Positions 26,680-32,000 of a stretch of DNA of 32,000 bases are shown here, piece by piece. Under the pieces are notes generated by a model, which saw only the letters and a program-made list of their open reading frames with translations, was not told where the DNA came from and made no database searches. Numbering within the stretch: position 1 is the first letter of the stretch; each line of letters starts with the position of its first letter. Source of the stretch: Candidatus Electrothrix sp. GW3-4. Its GTDB lineage: Bacteria; Desulfobacterota; Desulfobulbia; Desulfobulbales; Desulfobulbaceae. A program made the position numbers and the translations under genes. Where the stretch lies: contig NZ_CP147990.1 of the NCBI RefSeq assembly GCF_037902255.1, positions 3,420,001 to 3,452,000 on the forward strand, in the 5' to 3' direction.

Positions 26680-26762
26680 ATGAAAGTGTCGGGTGATTCC
26701 GTCACCTGACCATTTTTCATCCTTTGTTGTCCCGACCGCTGGGCCGGGATAGGAGTTATATC
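26680..26762 (+). repeat. Copy 2 of the two-hairpin repeat element (head-to-tail with copy 1; its tail supplies the rsfS Shine-Dalgarno)
   Basis: The outer stem pairs ATGAAA (26680-26685) with TTTCAT (26715-26720). The inner hairpin is CGGGTGA-ttccg-TCACCTG (26690-26708). CCTTTGTTGTCCC follows. The second hairpin spans 26730-26749, and the tail is TAGGAGTTATAT. The period relative to copy 1 is 82 nt. Confidence 0.75.
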
Positions 26763-26767
26763 ATAAG

Positions 26768-27169
26768 ATGCGACAGCTGAAAAAAAAACACCGCGAACGG
26801 ACCCCGCTGGAACTGGCCGAAATCTGCGCCCGCACGGCCCTGGACACTAAGGCAGAAGACCTGATTATCCTGGACGTTCACACCACCTCCTCCTTTACTG
26901 ATTATTTCGTCATTATGAGTGGACGATCCAGCCGCCATGTTCAGGGACTGGCCGAGGCCATTGAGGAAGAACTGCGCTCTAAACGGGTAACCAGTACACA
27001 CTCAGAGGGATTAAAAGAGGGCATGTGGGTGCTCCTGGATTTCGGTGATATCGTGGCCCATATCTTCTATAAGGATCAACGGGAGTTTTATGATCTGGAA
27101 GGGCTCTGGCATGATGCCCCTCGAGTGGCTCTGAAAGAACTGGGTATTGAGGAACAGGAGGAAGGGTGA
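26768..27169 (+). CDS. rsfS: Ribosome silencing factor RsfS (Iojap family)
   Basis: Typical RsfS core: AEDLIILDV...[26 protein letters not shown]...[28 protein letters not shown]. Confidence 0.9.
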   Translation: MRQLKKKHRERTPLELAEICARTALDTKAEDLIILDVHTTSSFTDYFVIMSGRSSRHVQGLAEAIEEELRSKRVTSTHSEGLKEGMWVLLDFGDIVAHIFYKDQREFYDLEGLWHDAPRVALKELGIEEQEEG

Positions 27170-28728
27170 TGGCAGACAACAGACCGGTGGTCTTGGCAAT
27201 TCTGGACGGATGGGGCATTGCCCCGGCATCAGCAACCAATGCGGTTTCCCTGGCCCGCACCCCGAATATGGACCGCTGGCGTGCAGATTATCCTTCTACC
27301 ACCTTGGTTGCCCATAACGGCCAGGTCGGTCTACCTGAGGGCCAGATGGGCAACTCCGAGGTCGGGCATCTCAATATCGGTTCCGGGCGAATCGTCTATC
27401 AGGACTACACCCGGATCAACCAAGCTGTGGAACAGGGCGAGTTTGCCCAGAATCCGGTCTTAATCAAGGTCATGGAGCAGGTTAAAGCCGCAGGCAGCCG
27501 CATCCACTTCTGCGGTCTGCTCTCGGACGGCGGAGTCCACTCCCACCTCAAGCACTTAGAGGCTCTGTTGGCAATGGCAGGGGCCAAAGGGCTTGACGCC
27601 AAGGTACATTGCTTTATGGACGGTCGGGATACTGCACCTTCCAGCGGAGCAGGCTATATGAAAGAGCTGCTTGCCGCCATGGAAAGCATCGGCTGTGGTC
27701 AGGTAGCAACGGTCTCCGGCCGCTACTGGGCTATGGATCGCGATACCCGCTGGGACCGAGTGGAAAAGGCCTGGCAGGCTCTGGTCAACGGGCAAGGACT
27801 GACGGCGGAAGATCCTTTGCAGGCGGTGAAGGATGCCTATGCGCGGGAGGAAACCGATGAGTTCATCAAGCCCACAGTCCTTTTGGACAGCAATGGAGAA
27901 CCAGCGGGCAGGGTCAGCGACGGTGATGCCGTTATCTTTTTCAATTTTCGGGCTGATCGAGTGCGGGAACTCTGTCATGCCTTTTCCGATGCCGACTTTC
28001 AGGGCTTTGCTGTCAGCAATCGGCCCGAGCTGCTGGACTTGGTCACCATGACCGAATACGAGGCCGACTTTTCCTTTCCCGTCGCCTTTCCTCCGCAGAG
28101 CCTGACCAGCATTCTTGGGGAAGAGGTGAGCAAGGCAGGATTGCACCAGCTGCGCATTGCCGAGACAGAAAAATATGCCCATGTCACCTATTTCTTTAAC
28201 GGCGGGGAAGAGGAACCGTTTCCCGGCGAAGACCGCATCCTCATTGAATCCCCACGGGATGTAGCGACCTATGACCTTAAACCGGCCATGAGCGCGGTGG
28301 AGGTGACCGACCGCCTTCTAACCGCGCTGAAGGAGCAGGCGGCAGCAGGTACGCCCTATGACATGGTGATCCTCAATTTTGCCAACGGTGATATGGTGGG
28401 GCATACCGGCGTCCTGGAGGCGGCTGTGGAGGCCTGCGAAACCGTGGATCGCTGCCTGGGCCGGATTGCTGAACAGCTACAGGCGATGGGTGGCGCCCTG
28501 CTGGTTACGGCGGATCATGGCAATGCCGAGACCATGGTCAATCTGGAGACCGGGCAACCCCATACGGCCCATACCCTGAATCCGGTGCCGCTGATTCTGG
28601 TCAGTGAAGGGCATAAGGGCTGCACCCTGAAGGACGGTGGTGCGCTCAAGGATATTGCTCCTACCCTGATGAGCTTGCTTGGGTTGAAGCAGCCTGTGGA
28701 GATGGAAGGGGAGAGTCTGATTACCTGA
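27169..28728 (+). CDS. gpmI: 2,3-bisphosphoglycerate-independent phosphoglycerate mutase
   Basis: [10 protein letters not shown], the catalytic-Ser region [21 protein letters not shown], and later [10 protein letters not shown] and [11 protein letters not shown] 27169 overlaps the rsfS stop (TGATG). The ORF-track GTG 27166 is one codon upstream. Confidence 0.92.
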   Translation: MADNRPVVLAILDGWGIAPASATNAVSLARTPNMDRWRADYPSTTLVAHNGQVGLPEGQMGNSEVGHLNIGSGRIVYQDYTRINQAVEQGEFAQNPVLIKVMEQVKAAGSRIHFCGLLSDGGVHSHLKHLEALLAMAGAKGLDAKVHCFMDGRDTAPSSGAGYMKELLAAMESIGCGQVATVSGRYWAMDRDTRWDRVEKAWQALVNGQGLTAEDPLQAVKDAYAREETDEFIKPTVLLDSNGEPAGRVSDGDAVIFFNFRADRVRELCHAFSDADFQGFAVSNRPELLDLVTMTEYEADFSFPVAFPPQSLTSILGEEVSKAGLHQLRIAETEKYAHVTYFFNGGEEEPFPGEDRILIESPRDVATYDLKPAMSAVEVTDRLLTALKEQAAAGTPYDMVILNFANGDMVGHTGVLEAAVEACETVDRCLGRIAEQLQAMGGALLVTADHGNAETMVNLETGQPHTAHTLNPVPLILVSEGHKGCTLKDGGALKDIAPTLMSLLGLKQPVEMEGESLIT

Positions 28729-28744
28729 ATAGAAATATTGATGG

Positions 28745-28771
28745 TTTCGTAAAAAGTCCAATTTTACGAAA
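28745..28771 (+). other. Perfect 10-bp A/T-rich hairpin 17 nt after the gpmI stop
   Basis: TTTCGTAAAA (28745-28754) pairs with TTTTACGAAA (28762-28771) around the loop AGTCCAA. It is followed by AAATCG, so it lacks a U-tract and is not a canonical terminator. Confidence 0.5.
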
Positions 28772-28865
28772 AATCGTATTGTAACCCATTGAGTTGTCGT
28801 TGACAACTTGTCATTTTCTGACTTTTTACCAGGCCATCAATATTAACATCAATACATAAGAGTGA

Positions 28866-29939
28866 ATGGTGTCTTCTGACAAATATAAAAAACTGGCAAG
28901 CAAGTACCAAGTTGAAGATATAACGAGTGCATTGATCCCCGGAGGTCGCCTGTCCAATATTTTGAAACAGTTGGAAGAGGAAAAGCCGATTTCTGATTAC
29001 ACTCTACAGTATTTACGCAGCAAAGAGCTGTTGGCACTCTTTCATTATGCTCATGCAGAAAAAAAAATTATCTTTGCCGATTTTCTGGAGAGTGCAAAAG
29101 CAGAGCAAACCAAACGCCGTTTGGAAGCTGAAGCCAAGGCCGTTAAAGAGCAGGCAGAACAAAAATTGAAAGAGAAGGCCCGATTGGCCAGACTCAAGAC
29201 AGAGCAAGAACAAGCTGCTGCAAAAAAGCGCGCTTTCGACAGTAATCCTAAGAATATAGCCAAGAAGAAACAAGATAGACTGAGACGTAAATACCACCTT
29301 TCTTACTTTATAGAAAGGACTGATTTTCCAAAGCTCATGCAAATTTTGCATCAAGTTGATAACGGAGTGCGCCTATCCGAGGATGACATCATTTGGCTTT
29401 CAACAGAAGAATATGGAGAATATTACACAACAGAACTGAGAGAAGGCCATCACAAAAACGAGGCTGAATTTTATGCCGGTGAATTTAAAAAGCACAAAGA
29501 CCCTTGGGCCGCAGTCAACGCAAGCAGTCACTATCGAAAATGCAATGAAGCTGAAACGGCTGATGCGATGTTACGCACAATTAATATGCTCAATTTAAAA
29601 AATGTCAAATTGAAGTCCGCACTCTGCACAACACATGGAGGAACGAAACGGGATCTAAAAAAATGGGAAGAAGCGTTAGCCTTGGGAGAGCAGGCACACT
29701 TGCTGACCCCGCAGGATTTTCGGCCCTGCACTCTGTTGGGTGCGGTGAATATGGAAATCGGTCATTACGATCTGGGCCAATCCTGGTACAAAAAAGCTGT
29801 CGAACGGGGTTATAGCGAAAGAGCGATGGATAATGAACTGCGAAGTATTTTCATGCGTGCTGAAGAATCTAATAAAGAGAAATTGCGTAGTCATTTGCTC
29901 AATCTGAATCCCTCCCGCTATAGTTGGGCAACTTGTTGA
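28866..29939 (+). CDS. Hypothetical 357-aa protein: N-terminal region, K/E/A-rich coiled coil, C-terminal TPR-like helical repeats
   Basis: The central segment is AEQTKRRLEAEAKAVKEQAEQKLKEKARLARLKTEQEQAAAKKRA. The C-terminal helical repeats are WEEALALGEQAHLLTPQDFRPCTLLGAVNMEIGHYDLGQSWYKKAVERGY. I recognise no catalytic motif. Confidence 0.65.
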   Translation: MVSSDKYKKLASKYQVEDITSALIPGGRLSNILKQLEEEKPISDYTLQYLRSKELLALFHYAHAEKKIIFADFLESAKAEQTKRRLEAEAKAVKEQAEQKLKEKARLARLKTEQEQAAAKKRAFDSNPKNIAKKKQDRLRRKYHLSYFIERTDFPKLMQILHQVDNGVRLSEDDIIWLSTEEYGEYYTTELREGHHKNEAEFYAGEFKKHKDPWAAVNASSHYRKCNEAETADAMLRTINMLNLKNVKLKSALCTTHGGTKRDLKKWEEALALGEQAHLLTPQDFRPCTLLGAVNMEIGHYDLGQSWYKKAVERGYSERAMDNELRSIFMRAEESNKEKLRSHLLNLNPSRYSWATC

Positions 29940-29988
29940 TTGCATAACAGGAAATAGCCCTCAAAAATCTATAAGTAGGTCACCTTGA

Positions 29989-30058
29989 ATAATCGACACT
30001 TCTTATGCTCCAATATGCCGATAAATCAGTTCGGCAGCTAAACTGGAGTGTCGATTAT
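29989..30058 (+). promoter_or_regulatory. Nested inverted repeat in the spacer between the 357-aa gene and the NERD gene
   Basis: The outer 11-bp arms are ATAATCGACAC (29989-29999) and GTGTCGATTAT (30048-30058). The inner hairpin is TGCCGA (30016-30021) / TCGGCA (30031-30036) with a 9-nt loop. Confidence 0.5.
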
Positions 30059-30074
30059 ATTTAGCCGGGTACTT

Positions 30075-30848
30075 ATGAATTTCTCGCCAACCATCTATGA
30101 AGTTTTGAAAACGCTTTGGTGGGTCATCCCAATGATGCTGTTCCTCGCCTTCCTGGGGTCTCCCAAGTTCAAAGGGATATTTGGGGAAGCCTTAGTCAAG
30201 GTTGCGGCATGGTTACGCCTTCCTGCCAAAGTCTACCATCCTATCCATAATGTGACGATACCGACCCTGGACGGCACAACGCAGATTGACCATATCTTTG
30301 TTTCTTGTTTTGGCATCTTCGTCGTAGAAACGAAGAACATGAAGGGTTGGATCTTTGGCGGAGAGAATCAAAAGCAGTGGACACAGCGAATATTCAAAAA
30401 ATCATCTCCATTTCAAAACCCACTGCACCAAAACTACAAGCATGTCAAAGCACTGGAGACCTTACTTGCTGTCCCTCCAGAAACGTTACATTCAGTGATC
30501 GTTTTTATGGGTGACAGTACGTTTAAGTCGCCCATGCCAGCCAACGTCACTCGTGGCGGTGACTATATCACATACATTAAATCCTTCCGCAACCCCGTGC
30601 TGTCGGAAGCTCAAGTGCAGAAAGCGATAGCACAGATCCAATCTGGTCGACTTACACCGTCATGGGAGACAGATCGCCAGCATGTTCACCAGCTCAAAAA
30701 TCGCGCCGATCCGAATGCGGAGAGAAAATGCCCAAAATGTGGCAAACCTATGGTATTGCGTACTGCAAAACGAGGCGCAAATGCCGGTAATCAATTCTGG
30801 GGTTGCTCCGCATATCCCAAGTGCAGGATGGTGCAAAATATCAACTGA
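30075..30848 (+). CDS. NERD (nuclease-related domain) protein with an N-terminal TM segment and a C-terminal topoisomerase-type C4 zinc ribbon
   Basis: The TM segment is LWWVIPMMLFLAFL. The NERD core is HNVTIPTLDGTTQIDHIFVSCFGIFVVETKNMKGWIFGGENQKQWTQ. The zinc ribbon is KCPKCGKPMVLRTAKRGANAGNQFWGCSAYPKCR. I prefer ATG 30075, because the ORF-track GTG 30048 lies inside the 3' arm of the inverted repeat and GGAG abuts it with no spacing. Confidence 0.8.
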   Translation: MNFSPTIYEVLKTLWWVIPMMLFLAFLGSPKFKGIFGEALVKVAAWLRLPAKVYHPIHNVTIPTLDGTTQIDHIFVSCFGIFVVETKNMKGWIFGGENQKQWTQRIFKKSSPFQNPLHQNYKHVKALETLLAVPPETLHSVIVFMGDSTFKSPMPANVTRGGDYITYIKSFRNPVLSEAQVQKAIAQIQSGRLTPSWETDRQHVHQLKNRADPNAERKCPKCGKPMVLRTAKRGANAGNQFWGCSAYPKCRMVQNIN

Positions 30849-31120
30849 CAGTCTGTTACTGTTGTCTGCCAACGCACTACGAACAGGTTGTCATTGTATT
30901 TGAGACAGGAATTATCATCCTCCATCGCATCCTCAACCACCAGATTCTCCAACAACCACATCCGACTCTATCTCAACCGCACATACAAGCTCAGAACACA
31001 ACTCACATGTACGGTCAAAACTGGACAATCTCCAGCATCACGCGCCCTCTCCCCTTTTTCTATTGACAAAGAAAAATTTCCTTCTTAATTTAAGAATTTA
31101 TTATCTCACGGTCTTTCCAA

Positions 31121-31209
31121 ACAAACTCCCATCCCGCGCCCTGGGTGCGGGACAACAAAGCATGAAAGTTGATTAACTGACTCCAAGGAGTCACCCGGCA
31201 CTTTCGTAT
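31121..31209 (-). repeat. Copy 3 of the two-hairpin repeat element, inverted relative to copies 1 and 2
   Basis: The reverse complement reads ACGAAAGTGCCGGGTGA...CTTTCATGCTTTGTTGTCCCG...CGGGATGGGAGTTTGT, and all three conserved blocks match copy 2. Read on the + strand, the stems are GAAAGT (31164-31169)/ACTTTC (31200-31205), TGACTC/GAGTCA (31178-31193) and a 9-bp hairpin at 31132-31152. Confidence 0.75.
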
Positions 31210-31337
31210 AAATACTTTTTCATCTTTACAACGCAAGTAACTGATAAGCAGGAAAACAATTCCAACATAGGTTGATAGCCTATATTTTCCCAGGTTCTAA
31301 ACGGTTGTACCTATACACCATATAGGAGGAAACTGAC

Positions 31338-32000
31338 GTGGACCCGAAAAAAAGAGTTTGGTTGTTGATTCTCATCATGTTTCTCCTGGTTATCTCGACC
31401 ACAGTAGTTTCAGTTGGCCTTCTTTATCAAACCAGTATTAAAGAACAAAAAATACGCCTTGCCGAAACAGCAAAGAGCCAGGCACGGCTGATAGAAGCTG
31501 TCGCCAACTTCAATAAGAGCTATAGTAATAATTATTCACCCGGGGCGAGAGAGGCAACTCTCGTTCAAATACGAGAGGCTCACTCCAACTATCAGGGGTT
31601 TGGCGTTACCGGAGAATTCACCCTGGCAGAAAAGAAAAACAAACAAATTATCTTTCTCTTAAGTCACCGTCATTATGATCTTGATAACCCGAAACCTGTT
31701 CCCTGTGACTCTCCTATTGCAGAACCTATGCGTCTTGCGCTCTCCGGCAAGTCTGGAGTTGTCATTGGGCTTGATTATCGAGGAGCAAAGGTCCTTGCAG
31801 CGCACGAACCTGTTGGAGTATTTGGTTTGGGAATTGTTGCAAAAATTGACCTGGCAGAAATCAGAGCACCATTTATTAAAGTGATCAATATTACTGCTAT
31901 TTTCTCTTTTTTTCTCATTACATTAGGCGTAAGTATCTTTCTTAAGTTGACAAACCCTCTCTTGCGCAACCTCAACAATACTATAGAAAAACTCCAAAAA
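31338..32000 (+). CDS. N-terminal part of a membrane sensor protein (TM - Cache-like periplasmic domain - TM - linker), running off the window
   Basis: This ORF is not in the ORF track because it has no stop codon. AGGAGG (31324-31329) lies 8 nt before GTG 31338, and the frame is open for 221 codons to nt 32000. The protein begins VDPKKRVWLLILIMFLLVISTTVVSVGLLYQ. Its periplasmic part (GLDYRGAKVLAAHEPVGVFGLGIVAKIDLAEIRAPF) is Cache-like, and the second TM is AIFSFFLITLGVSIFL. Confidence 0.75.
   Translation, partial: MDPKKRVWLLILIMFLLVISTTVVSVGLLYQTSIKEQKIRLAETAKSQARLIEAVANFNKSYSNNYSPGAREATLVQIREAHSNYQGFGVTGEFTLAEKKNKQIIFLLSHRHYDLDNPKPVPCDSPIAEPMRLALSGKSGVVIGLDYRGAKVLAAHEPVGVFGLGIVAKIDLAEIRAPFIKVINITAIFSFFLITLGVSIFLKLTNPLLRNLNNTIEKLQK

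Noticed and set aside
26598-26709. Mini-ORFs inside the repeat copies: MKVAGEAFKSLDQLSFFIVPARWDGSLYESVG* (26598-26696) and MKVSGDSVT* (26680-26709). The second has GGAAG 5 nt upstream, which suggested a leader peptide.
   Set aside because: The ATG is not conserved in copy 3 (ACG), and the downstream reading frames and stop positions differ between copies. Conservation follows base pairing rather than codons. A leader peptide is not formally excluded for copy 2.
26596-26762. Tandem repeats considered as a small CRISPR array or a type III toxin-antitoxin RNA repeat.
   Set aside because: There are only two units, 82 nt long and directly abutting with no spacers. No cas genes or toxin gene are present. 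The next gene is the housekeeping rsfS, and a third copy is isolated and inverted.
30048-30074. The ORF-track GTG 30048 as the NERD start.
   Set aside because: The GTG lies inside the 3' arm of the 11-bp inverted repeat, and the only SD-like GGAG abuts it with zero spacing. ATG 30075 gives a typical N-terminal TM start. Both starts remain possible.
30791-30961. A 56-codon minus-strand ORF (MWLLENLVVEDAMEDDNSCLKYNDNLFVVRWQ...) overlapping the NERD 3' end, considered as a possible antisense or antitoxin gene.
   Set aside because: It has no SD and no recognisable motif. It lies in the complement of a compositionally skewed tract, where ORFs arise by chance, and it overlaps a well-supported CDS.
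26596-31209. The repeats considered as integron attC sites, or as terminal inverted repeats of a composite mobile element carrying rsfS-gpmI-357aa-NERD.
   Set aside because: There is no integrase or transposase, no attC R'/R'' core motifs (GTTRRRY/RYYYAAC) at the ends, and no clear target-site duplication. The bracketed segment includes core genes. Repeat-mediated inversion remains possible and is mentioned in the findings.
26768-31337. A GC-content step at the gpmI/cassette boundary considered as evidence for a horizontally acquired island.
   Set aside because: Hand counts on sampled 60-nt lines show rsfS/gpmI to be GC-richer (about 52-67 percent). The cassette lines range from about 35 to 57 percent, similar to other genes in the window such as the EAL gene at about 40 percent. 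The signal is not decisive without a proper sliding-window or codon-usage calculation.

Overview
This 32-kb chromosomal window probably comes from a Desulfobacterota-like (sulfate-reducer type) bacterium. That assignment is inference from gene content only. I call 22 protein-coding genes plus one frameshifted gene.

Genes in order:
- a 5'-truncated cobA/hemD fusion
- a cereblon-like CULT gene broken by a 1-nt frameshift
- an outer-membrane beta-barrel plus FG-GAP surface pair
- a secreted thermonuclease
- a haem (DUF3365)-PAS-degenerate GGDEF-EAL phosphodiesterase
- a small orphan protein
- a PlsC-ACP-acyl-ACP-synthetase (Aas-like) fusion
- PilZ, sbcB, a PepSY-TM protein and mltD
- after a strand switch, an unusually long class A PBP, a TPR-like lipoprotein, a membrane-anchored coiled-coil protein, DUF456, topB, rsfS and gpmI
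- an accessory-looking pair: a 357-aa helical/coiled-coil protein and a NERD + zinc-ribbon protein
- the start of a Cache-type sensor that runs off the window and is missing from the ORF track

I saw no rRNA, tRNA, CRISPR array, transposase or integrase.

The most unusual signal is non-coding. An ~85-nt two-hairpin element occurs three times: a tandem pair at 26596-26762 on the + strand and an inverted copy at 31121-31209. Its single-stranded blocks are conserved, while its stems differ in sequence but keep base pairing. The copies flank the rsfS-gpmI-357aa-NERD block.

Secondary leads:
- the split CULT gene
- the 357aa/NERD cassette, with its structured spacer and a C-rich/G-poor tail
- the Aas fusion with a built-in carrier domain
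- an orphan promoter/terminator pair antisense to the gene run near 8.4 kb
- a ~230-residue insertion inside the PBP transpeptidase domain

All family assignments rest on motifs I recognise by eye. No database search was possible.
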